In this document: positions 17,012 to 24,569 of the stretch, piece by piece
Numbering within the stretch: position 1 is the first letter of the stretch
Layout: each line of letters opens with the position of its first letter
IMG/VR virus record: IMGVR_UViG_3300007988_000067
Coordinates: 1 to 25,445 of that record
From: a virus
Taxonomy: Duplodnaviria; Caudoviricetes
Length of the DNA: 25,445 nt
Direction: 5' to 3' (one strand)
Made by a program: the position numbers and the translations under genes
Notes under the pieces: generated by a model
The model's input: only the letters and a program-made list of their open reading frames with translations
Database searches by the model: none
Told to the model about the DNA's origin: nothing

Positions 17012-17237
17012 CTCTATACATACTATGTTTTTTATTACTTACAAGTTCTGATAAAATAGAATTATTTAGCAAAAGCACCTCCAAATCACTTTAAAATATT
17101 AATCCAATAACCCATTTTTCACCTATTTACTTTTTATATTTAATTTCAATTGATACACTTTGTTTATTTTGTAAATTTATGGTTAAATCTTTCTAAGAAA
17201 CTTTTTGTTAAATTTGGGGAAATATGGTTAAATGTAT

Positions 17238-17453
17238 TTAAGCACCTTTTTGTTCAAACAGCTCTGCAAAAAGATACTTAATATCATGCTCTGGGAAAAA
17301 TGTATCTCTTATGTCGTATGCTTGTTTAAGAGAAATTTCACTTTTTCCTGTTAATTTATTAATACCAGTTTTGTAACTCATAGAAGCTGATTCATAAATT
17401 TGCTTTTTAGATAAACGCTTTCTAGCTATTTCTGCCTCGAGATTTACATACAT
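17238..17453 (-). CDS. Cro-like XRE HTH regulator
   Basis: MYVNLEAEIARK...NKLTGKSEISLKQAYDIRDTFFP...YLF; first gene of the early operon, divergent from the repressor. Confidence 0.88.
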   Translation of the reverse strand: MYVNLEAEIARKRLSKKQIYESASMSYKTGINKLTGKSEISLKQAYDIRDTFFPEHDIKYLFAELFEQKGA

Positions 17454-17484
17454 TACAAAAAACCTCCTAATACATCTCGAATTT

Positions 17485-17606
17485 GTTACGCAATACGTAA
17501 CTTGTTAGTATAATATTACAACTTGCGTAAAAAATCAAGCATATTTATGAAAATAATTATCCTTTGCGTAACTTTGTTGCATATGTATGCTTTTATATTG
17601 GATAAT
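17485..17606. promoter_or_regulatory. Lysis/lysogeny switch: three operators and divergent promoters
   Basis: 15-bp dyads TTACGCAATACGTAA (17486-17500), TTACAACTTGCGTAA (17516-17530), TTATCCTTTGCGTAA (17557-17571); leftward TTGATT-17-TATTAT, rightward TTGCAT-18-GATAAT. Confidence 0.75.
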
Positions 17607-17611
17607 GTTAA

Positions 17612-18025
17612 TTGTATATATTTAGGGAGGTGATTTTTATCAGTTCAAATATAGGTTTAATTTTAAAAAAGTTAAGAAAATCTAGAAACCTTACACTAGA
17701 TTCAGTAGCTGAATATTTTGGTACAACAAAAGCTACTATAAGCAGATATGAAACTGGTAAACATGTTCCTGATGTACAACTGTTAATTAAAATGTCTAAA
17801 TACTATGATGTTAGCATGGATTATATAGTTGGTATTAATGAAAATATTTATACAAGTCTAGAATTAGCAATAATTAATAAAATCCAAAAATTAAACAATG
17901 CTAACCAAAATCAAGTTTTAGGTATGATTAATTATATGCTATCTGATAAAAATAATTGCTTTACTGCGGCATCACCAGAATTATGTGTAGCTGAAAATAC
18001 TGCTAAATATATAAAAAAAATATAA
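17612..18025 (+). CDS. CI-like XRE-family repressor
   Basis: LKKLRKSRNLTLDSVAEYFGTTKATISRYETGKHVPD...YYDVSMDYIVG; no S24 peptidase domain; start uncertain. Confidence 0.9.
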   Translation: MYIFREVIFISSNIGLILKKLRKSRNLTLDSVAEYFGTTKATISRYETGKHVPDVQLLIKMSKYYDVSMDYIVGINENIYTSLELAIINKIQKLNNANQNQVLGMINYMLSDKNNCFTAASPELCVAENTAKYIKKI

Positions 18026-18061
18026 TATATGTAAAATTTATATAAAAATTAGTAATTAAAG

Positions 18062-18919
18062 GTGGTTGTTGATTTAATGTTAAGAAATAATTATAAAATA
18101 AAGGGTACAAATTCAAACACAGGACGAAAAAAAACTTTATCTATTAAAGCGTTCTCAAATGAAGAGTGCTTAGAATTAGCAAGTAATGAAGGTCTAGTTG
18201 AACCTTTTGAAATTTCTTTAGAAGAATCACTACCCCCTACTGAAGCACAATTAAGTTATGCTAAATATTTAAAAATAAATATCCCAAAAAATATAACAAA
18301 AGAGGAAATATCATTCTTAATTGATAGAGTTAAATACAAGGATAAATCAGAACCAAATCCAGAACTTATAGAATATGCTGAATCAATGAATATTGAATTT
18401 TCTAATTATGTTGGTAAAAAACAATTATATGATATTATTTGGGATTCTTTGTATGGTTTAGATAAAATCGAATTCTTTATTTTCTGTGTATATAGATGGA
18501 TTTCAGATGATAGACATGGCAACTTGTTAACTCATAAGTGTAAAGATAAATTTAATTGTTTTGCCAAAATTTTAATAGATGATAAGAGTTTTATTAATTC
18601 TCTTGCTAAGAGTTATGATGAAGGTAAAAGTATCAGATTTTTTGGTACGTTATATGTTGGTAAAAATCAATATACTGGCGGAAGTACAATTACACAAGCT
18701 TATAAAACAGTAGTAAAATTTTTAAAAAAAGAATTTGGATTAAAAAACAGGACTTTTAAATATTTAAAAGACGAATCTACATATAATATGAATTCTAGTG
18801 ATTATGGAAAAATTGATTTTAAAGAATTTTGGAAATCTAAAAACAAATTAAAATATTTCTTAAAAAAGCTTAAAGAAGATTTGATTATAAAATCAAATAA
18901 AAAAACTTTCAAAAAATAA
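18062..18919 (+). CDS. Hypothetical lysogeny-module protein
   Basis: 285 aa between repressor and integrase; PTEAQLSYAKYLKINIP motif partly repeated (PNPELIEYAESMNIEF). Confidence 0.8.
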   Translation: MVVDLMLRNNYKIKGTNSNTGRKKTLSIKAFSNEECLELASNEGLVEPFEISLEESLPPTEAQLSYAKYLKINIPKNITKEEISFLIDRVKYKDKSEPNPELIEYAESMNIEFSNYVGKKQLYDIIWDSLYGLDKIEFFIFCVYRWISDDRHGNLLTHKCKDKFNCFAKILIDDKSFINSLAKSYDEGKSIRFFGTLYVGKNQYTGGSTITQAYKTVVKFLKKEFGLKNRTFKYLKDESTYNMNSSDYGKIDFKEFWKSKNKLKYFLKKLKEDLIIKSNKKTFKK

Positions 18920-18932
18920 CTTAGATGAAACT

Positions 18933-19024
18933 AAACCTGTTATAGAAAAAGTCATAAAACTTGCGAAAATAGTGATATTGATAGTTTAGACCATTTCGAG
19001 CAGACGCACGATATGGTTCAAATA
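18933..19024 (+). pseudogene. dinD: Fragment of a DinD-like (DNA damage-inducible protein D) gene
   Basis: Two frames read KPVIEKVIK / CENSDIDSLDHFEQTHDMVQI, resembling the DinD motif VI.KAK.ACENS...DHF...MV.I; no start, frameshifted. Confidence 0.45.
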
Positions 19025-19083
19025 AAAAAACTTGAAACTAAAAATTTTTAAACATCATTGAATAACAAAATTAAATCTAGTAA

Positions 19084-19120
19084 AATAAAAAAGACTCCGA
19101 GCGAAGGATTCTTTTTTATT
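19084..19120. terminator. Bidirectional terminator upstream of the integrase
   Basis: AATAAAAAAGA-CTCCGAGCGAAGGAT-TCTTTTTTATT. Confidence 0.65.
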
Positions 19121-19219
19121 ATGACAATAACTTTATTTTAAAAAACACTTTCACCATTGAAAGCTTAAAAATATATTACTATTTTTTCTCGGTGAAGTCA
19201 AGAAAGGGAAGGCAGTAAT

Positions 19220-20704
19220 ATGTATTGTATTTATCTTAGAAAGTCTAGAAATGATGAAGGAACTATTGAAGAAACTTTGGCTAAGCATGAGAAAATACTT
19301 CTTGAATTATCCAAAAAACAAAAATTATCAATATCAAAAATATATAGAGAAGTTGTATCTGGTGAAACTATTGCCTCTAGACCTGTTATGCAACACCTTT
19401 TATCCGAGCTTGAAAAAGAATTGTGGGAAGGTGTTCTTGTTGTTGAGGTTGAGAGACTTGCGAGGGGTGCTACTCTTGATCAAGGAATCATGGCACAGGC
19501 TTTTAAATACTCTAGTACTAAAATAATTACTCCACTCAAAACATATGATCCGAATAATGAATTTGATGAAGAGTTTTTTGAGTTCAATCTTTTCATGTCT
19601 AGAAGAGAATATAAAACTATTAATAGAAGATTGCAGCAAGGTAGACTGGCAAGCGTAAAAGAAGGCAGATATCTTGGCAGTATAGCACCATATGGATACA
19701 ATAAAACAAAAACAGAAGATGGGTTCACTCTTGAACCAGATCCTGATGAAGCACCAGTAGTTAAAATGATATTTGATTTTTACACTAAAGAGAGACTCGG
19801 AGTATCTAAAATAGTTCGGAAGCTTAACGACATCGGAATCAAAGCTAGAAAGGGAAATTGGACTACTTCTACAATTCAAGGAATGCTTAAAAATCCTGTT
19901 TACATAGGTAAAATTCGATGGAACTATCGTAAGACTATAAAACATGTTATTGATGGTAAAGTTGAATCAACTAGACCGAAGAATAAAGAATTTGAGCTAA
20001 CAGATGGACTTCACGTACGCTTAATTGATGATGAAGTGTTTTATACTGCTTTGAATTATATAAATCAAAATAGAGCCACTCCAGCTCCTAAAAACCAACC
20101 AATTAAGAATGTTTTAGCAGGAATAGTCAAATGTGGATTATGTGGTAGAAATATGGTTAGGAGACCTTATGGAAATCTAAAACAAGAAGATACTCTAATG
20201 TGTGCATATACTGATTGCAAAAATGTTAGCTCTCCCCTATCTTTGATTGAAAAAACAATTATAGATAACTTGAAAAATTATAAATTTAATAAAAAATCTC
20301 AGAAAAATATAGTTAATACCGAATTGCTAGAAAAAAATATGAATGATATAGATAGTGAAATAGAAACTTTAAAAAAACAAAAGGACTCACTGCATGACCT
20401 TCTGGAACAAAACGTTTATGACACAAATACATTTTTAGAGCGTTCCAAAAAACTGAATGAAAAAATTAAAAAACTCGAGGAAAATAAATTTAACATAGAA
20501 TCAGAATTGAAGTCTTTTAAAAACCAAAATATTATCATTCCGAAGATAACAAAACTAATTAATTCTTATGATAAAATAAGCATCAAAGATAAAAATGAGA
20601 TGTTAAAAACTATACTAATCAGAGTCGAATACCTAAAAAAAGAGAAAGCACTCAAAAAGAATGCCTCCCACAATGTCGATTTAAAGCTATTCCCTCGAAT
20701 ATGA
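19220..20704 (+). CDS. int: Large serine recombinase (integrase)
   Basis: YLRKSR (catalytic Ser), ERLARG, recombinase domain APYGY...LKNPVYIG, Zn ribbon CGLCG...C, coiled coil. Confidence 0.96.
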   Translation: MYCIYLRKSRNDEGTIEETLAKHEKILLELSKKQKLSISKIYREVVSGETIASRPVMQHLLSELEKELWEGVLVVEVERLARGATLDQGIMAQAFKYSSTKIITPLKTYDPNNEFDEEFFEFNLFMSRREYKTINRRLQQGRLASVKEGRYLGSIAPYGYNKTKTEDGFTLEPDPDEAPVVKMIFDFYTKERLGVSKIVRKLNDIGIKARKGNWTTSTIQGMLKNPVYIGKIRWNYRKTIKHVIDGKVESTRPKNKEFELTDGLHVRLIDDEVFYTALNYINQNRATPAPKNQPIKNVLAGIVKCGLCGRNMVRRPYGNLKQEDTLMCAYTDCKNVSSPLSLIEKTIIDNLKNYKFNKKSQKNIVNTELLEKNMNDIDSEIETLKKQKDSLHDLLEQNVYDTNTFLERSKKLNEKIKKLEENKFNIESELKSFKNQNIIIPKITKLINSYDKISIKDKNEMLKTILIRVEYLKKEKALKKNASHNVDLKLFPRI

Positions 20705-20750
20705 TAAGGTTAAGGAACTGATTCCTCTGTTCCTTAACCTTATCATATTC
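20697..20750. repeat. Perfect 22-bp inverted repeat with 10-bp spacer, probable intact attP
   Basis: GAATATGATAAGGTTAAGGAAC-TGATTCCTCT-GTTCCTTAACCTTATCATATTC overlapping the integrase stop; no U-tract on either strand. Confidence 0.7.
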
Positions 20751-20786
20751 ATTTAACTCACTTTGATTGAAAAATACAGATTTCTT

Positions 20787-21671
20787 TCATATTTTATAGA
20801 ATTCAAACTTTTCACATTTTCTAAATATAAATTTACTATTAACCCATCTTGCCATACGTTTAGTTAACTCTGGTGCATTCCATTTTTCAAATATCATAAT
20901 ATATGGGTCATAGCCTAATTCTTTAAGCTTATATATTCTATACAGGTCTTGTTCATGTGTTGTGTTAAAGTTAGTTAAAACATAAACTCGCAATTTTCTA
21001 AAGTCTACTTGTGTAGCTTTTTTAAATTGTTTTAAATTATCAATTATTACATCTGAATTATCTATCATATCCCATGCAAAGTGTAACATTTTAATTTTTA
21101 TTTGTTGTAATTTTTCTGTAATCTCCTCATTAAGTAATCTAGCATCTAACCCTTGTGTAAAATCAACCCACGATTTACTTTCTATAAGTTGATTTAACAA
21201 ATCTAATCTATCTTTGCTTCCTAAAATATTGGGATCTAAAAGTTTAATGTTTTTTTGACCATTCCAAAAATTATTCAAATCATTAACTTTATAACTTTTT
21301 TTACCTTCTTTTTCCGCAACAATACAAAATGGACACGCTCTAGGACAACCTCTAGTCAGAAAACCATATGCAGTGTTTTTAAATTTTACATTATCATACA
21401 ATTTATAGTCTGGAAACATATTTTCTATTTCAATAGAAAGGGTATTTTTTAAATCATATCCCGTCCCACCTCTTAATATTTTTGGTGCATTTATTAAATA
21501 TTCAAAATCATTTGTAAAAGTAAAAACTTTAGATTGATACACTAGATCATATTTTTTAAAAAGATCTACAAATTCAACTTGATGCCCTTGCACCTTGTGA
21601 TAAGCTGATATTTTCATTAATGCTAAATTAGGGAAATTGTGTCCATCTACATCTATCAATCCTATTTTCAT
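20787..21671 (-). CDS. Phage-type radical SAM protein
   Basis: TRGCPRACPFC (CxxxCxxC), N-terminal DVDGHNFPNLALMKISAYHK, FTQGLDARL. Confidence 0.88.
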   Translation of the reverse strand: MKIGLIDVDGHNFPNLALMKISAYHKVQGHQVEFVDLFKKYDLVYQSKVFTFTNDFEYLINAPKILRGGTGYDLKNTLSIEIENMFPDYKLYDNVKFKNTAYGFLTRGCPRACPFCIVAEKEGKKSYKVNDLNNFWNGQKNIKLLDPNILGSKDRLDLLNQLIESKSWVDFTQGLDARLLNEEITEKLQQIKIKMLHFAWDMIDNSDVIIDNLKQFKKATQVDFRKLRVYVLTNFNTTHEQDLYRIYKLKELGYDPYIMIFEKWNAPELTKRMARWVNSKFIFRKCEKFEFYKI

Positions 21672-21682
21672 AATATCCTCCT

Positions 21683-22906
21683 CTACCCTACAAGGGTTTT
21701 ATCCATCTCTAAAATTATAGTCTTTCCACCTTCGCTTTTCAATGTACCTTCTTCTTCTAACCAAGCTTTAATTTTTCTGCATTTTTCTTGACTCAATGAT
21801 GTATTCTTACTAATTTTAATATAACCTGGACTAACTAATTCTCCATCTGATTCAGTTGCATTTTCATACATATATTTTAGGTACTCTTCTACTTCAATAC
21901 TCTTAAAACTTTTAGGTGTTTTTTTAGGTGGAAAATCGCTAGAAGCTACTAGGCTTAAAGACCGATTAGCTTTTGCTAGATTAATATTTTCAAAATTAGG
22001 CTTAATATTAGGCTTAATTATTTTAAAGTTATTAGGCTTAATATTCTCAAAATTAGGCTTAATTTCATAATCAGTTGTTTTTTTAGTTGGTCGATTAGGT
22101 GTATTACCTAATTGTAACTGCCCAAGGTTAATAACCCTGGACAAATACATTGTTATGATTGCGATAAACTCAAATATTACTGATAATCCCATGAAAAAAT
22201 ATAGTTCAATTTCATCAGCTGAGATAGTTGTTTCTCTAAATTCATCTTGATTAATCTTATCAGCTACAATAGAGAATATAGCACTATATCCATTAGTCTT
22301 ATTTACATTAAGTGTACTTACATCAATTGGAGTTTCTAATTTATTACCAAGTTGAACTAATTCTTTATTCTTCTCACTGATCATGTTTTGCATTTCACTG
22401 CTTTTATTATTAATCTCAACCTGCAGATTTTCTTTCCTGGTAAAATAGTTGGCAGGGTAGGAGTTCTTAACTTTTGTCATTTCTTCAATTTGTGATGAAT
22501 AATTCGACTTAATACTTTCAATTTCTTGTTGTTTCGCAGTGTATAAATCTTTTTGAATACCTTTTCCTTCTTCGGCTTGTTTAAATGCAGAAGAGTGCTT
22601 TAGTTCAAGATTCTTAGTCTTATTAGTCATGTTTTGTATGTAGCCTGCAGATGCAACAATAGAGGAGAGGAGCAACAAAATACTAATTACACCCATAGTC
22701 ACTCTTACAGCTATATTCAAACGAGTATTTGTTAACGCTTCATTAAAAAATCCTACCTTACACACTTCTAACATTATTGCCATTCCAATAGTTAACCCAG
22801 TTGCAATAAATCCAACAACTGCACTTGTCATTAATATAATTGTAAATATTGCTGATACAACGAAAGCTAAATAACTAAATGTTTTAAGTAGAGTAGGGTT
22901 ATTCAT
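21683..22906 (-). CDS. Membrane protein: 3 N-terminal TM, coiled coil, fourth TM, repeat linker, C-terminal winged-helix-like domain
   Basis: Hydrophobic segments in the first ~90 aa and near aa 235-257; IKPN repeats; PGYIKISKNTSLSQEKCRKIKAWLEEEGTLKSEGGKT resembles a wHTH. Confidence 0.8.
   Translation of the reverse strand: MNNPTLLKTFSYLAFVVSAIFTIILMTSAVVGFIATGLTIGMAIMLEVCKVGFFNEALTNTRLNIAVRVTMGVISILLLLSSIVASAGYIQNMTNKTKNLELKHSSAFKQAEEGKGIQKDLYTAKQQEIESIKSNYSSQIEEMTKVKNSYPANYFTRKENLQVEINNKSSEMQNMISEKNKELVQLGNKLETPIDVSTLNVNKTNGYSAIFSIVADKINQDEFRETTISADEIELYFFMGLSVIFEFIAIITMYLSRVINLGQLQLGNTPNRPTKKTTDYEIKPNFENIKPNNFKIIKPNIKPNFENINLAKANRSLSLVASSDFPPKKTPKSFKSIEVEEYLKYMYENATESDGELVSPGYIKISKNTSLSQEKCRKIKAWLEEEGTLKSEGGKTIILEMDKTLVG
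21950..22063. repeat. Intragenic repeat cluster ATTAGGCTTAAT x4 plus one TAGGCTTAA
   Basis: Copies at 21995, 22007, 22031, 22052; 9-bp core also at 21950-21958. Confidence 0.85.
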
Positions 22907-23088
22907 TATATCACCTCCAAATGATTAGCTATGTCGCCTTTATATATGCCTTGTTGCCATTGAACATTGTTGCCTTTGAATGTAACACCTAGAGCTTTGA
23001 TTAATTCATTAGAAGTGATATTAAGAAATAGTGCATCATTACCAGATTGCTTTAACAACAATAATTCCATAGATCCATTTTTAAACAT
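22906..23088 (-). CDS. Small hypothetical protein (60 aa)
   Basis: AGGAGG RBS; stop overlaps the ATG of the membrane protein gene. Confidence 0.75.
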   Translation of the reverse strand: MFKNGSMELLLLKQSGNDALFLNITSNELIKALGVTFKGNNVQWQQGIYKGDIANHLEVI

Positions 23089-23152
23089 AATAATTCCTCC
23101 TAAAAGTATATTTTTTATTTGCCCTTAGGAGATTAATCTGATAAAATTATTC

Positions 23153-23232
23153 AGAACGGTCTCACTAGGGACTTGTTTATTTGAAAATGTAGTCACGTCT
23201 TCTTGTCAGGGAGTGGGTGGCTGCATTTTTAT
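23153..23232 (+). ncRNA. Predicted counter-transcribed (antisense) RNA in the leader of the membrane-protein operon
   Basis: Plus-strand promoter TTGCCC(23119)-17-TAAAAT with TG extension; ends in hairpin AAAATGTAGTCAC...GTGGCTGCATTTT (fully paired only on plus, via G-U) and a T-run. Confidence 0.55.
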
Positions 23233-23233
23233 T

Positions 23234-23416
23234 TTAGTCATCATTCTTGCTAGAGTTATTCTCTAAATATTTTTCCAAATCTTCTTTTTTTATTCTCCAT
23301 AGCTTACCAACTTTATACCCTATTAAAGCACCTGAATCAATTTCTTTCATTACAGTTTGCTTACCTATCCTTAAATAATCTGCAACTTCTTCAAGTGTTA
23401 ACATTTTATTTTCCAT
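23234..23416 (-). CDS. Excisionase-like / HTH_17 DNA-binding protein
   Basis: MLTLEEVADYLRIGKQTVMKEIDSGALIGYKVGKLWRIKKEDLEKYL; ATG 23416 after GGAGGTG. Confidence 0.9.
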   Translation of the reverse strand: MENKMLTLEEVADYLRIGKQTVMKEIDSGALIGYKVGKLWRIKKEDLEKYLENNSSKNDD

Positions 23417-23436
23417 ATTGCTCACCTCCAATGTTT

Positions 23437-23542
23437 ATTATATCACCATATTATATATATCGTCAATATGTTAAGTTATGTTTAGTTATATTTAATACTA
23501 TTTTATGTTATTATTGCATTTTTTAGTTAAGTATATTATATT
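23437..23542. promoter_or_regulatory. Divergent sigma-A promoters with intervening 10-bp tandem repeats
   Basis: Leftward TTGACG-18-TATAAT with TG (23437-23466); rightward TTGCAT-17-TATATT (23514-23542); TATGTTAAGT TATGTTTAGT TATATTTAAT at 23467-23496. Confidence 0.65.
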
Positions 23543-23568
23543 TTATTACGATAGATGTTACGAGCAAT

Positions 23569-23638
23569 AAAAAAAGAGAGTCTCTGACTGGAATCAGAAA
23601 ACTCTCTGGGTGATTAGAAATTGGATAACCCCTAATCA
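23569..23638 (-). ncRNA. Predicted counter-transcribed RNA in the rep leader
   Basis: Minus-strand promoter TTGTGT(23668-23673)-17-TACAAT with TG extension; covers hairpins GGTGATTAG/CTAATCACC and AGAGAG...CTCTCT and ends in T7. Confidence 0.6.
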
Positions 23639-23687
23639 CCTCGTATTGTATCAAATGTTTGTAAAAAACACAATAGGAGGGTTTTAC

Positions 23688-24554
23688 ATGTCTAAAACTA
23701 TAATGAGAGTAGCAAAAAACAAAGATAATCCATATTTAATGCTTAATAAAACATCAATTCAGGATTCAAAACTCAGCTGGAAGGCAAAAGGACTACACGC
23801 ATATCTATTATCACTACCAGATGATTGGAAAATATATGTTGAAGAATTAACTAAACACGCAAAGGATGGAAAGGATAGTACAAAAGCAACTATAAATGAA
23901 CTTGAAAAAATGGGTTACATATCAAAAAACAAATTAAGAGATGGTAGTGGAAGGTTTAAAGGATATGAATATATTATCTTTGAAGTTTCAACAGAAGTGA
24001 TAGAGCCAACTTCACCGAAAGCGGAAAAACCGTTTACGGAAAATCCAGAAACGGATAAACCGTTAACGGAAAACCCGCAACTAGTAATTAATAATAATAC
24101 TAATAAATTACTTAAACTAAATAATAACATCATCAAGGAATCAGGTAAGGATATAAATGTCTCAAGTAAAAAAACTGATGATGAATCTAACACTTTTAAT
24201 GCTTTAAATAACACAAACATGTTAGAAAATAACGATAGCAGTTATATAAACAACATCTTAGTCGATAGAATGACTTTTATGTATAATGCTACTCTATGTG
24301 CAAACGCAGAACATACTTATATTAAATTTTTAATTTCAAAATACGGAGAAAAGAAACTTATAGAAGCTTTGACAGCTTGGAAAGATAGAACGAAGAATTG
24401 TAATATCTTGAATGTTGCAGGATATTTTAAGACAATGTTAGAAAACGGAACTGTTAATCACGTTGAAAAAGTAGGAGCATCAAGAGTAGAGCAGTGTAAC
24501 AACTTTGAGCAAAGAGAGTATAGTGAAGAAGAGTTAAAGCAATTTTACGCTTAA
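23688..24554 (+). CDS. Second replication initiator (HTH replisome-organizer type)
   Basis: RVAKNKDNPY...IQDSKLSWKAKGLHAYLLSLPDDWKI...DGKDST...ELEKMGYI; internal iterons; ATG 23688 after AGGAGG (upstream extension in the ORF track is leader). Confidence 0.88.
   Translation: MSKTIMRVAKNKDNPYLMLNKTSIQDSKLSWKAKGLHAYLLSLPDDWKIYVEELTKHAKDGKDSTKATINELEKMGYISKNKLRDGSGRFKGYEYIIFEVSTEVIEPTSPKAEKPFTENPETDKPLTENPQLVINNNTNKLLKLNNNIIKESGKDINVSSKKTDDESNTFNALNNTNMLENNDSSYINNILVDRMTFMYNATLCANAEHTYIKFLISKYGEKKLIEALTAWKDRTKNCNILNVAGYFKTMLENGTVNHVEKVGASRVEQCNNFEQREYSEEELKQFYA
24015..24130. repeat. Four 15-bp iterons plus AT-rich tract: probable origin of the second replicon
   Basis: CCGAAAGCGGAAAAA CCGTTTACGGAAAAT CCAGAAACGGATAAA CCGTTAACGGAAAAC (24015-24074), then AATTAATAATAATACTAATAAATT. 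Confidence 0.7.
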
Positions 24555-24569
24555 TAAAAAAATGAGAGG

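Noticed and set aside
17159-17232. Loose duplication TTTGTT...TATGGTTAAAT downstream of the cro-like gene
   Set aside because: Only 11 bp identical in very AT-rich DNA and no convincing promoter spacing; cannot support a function
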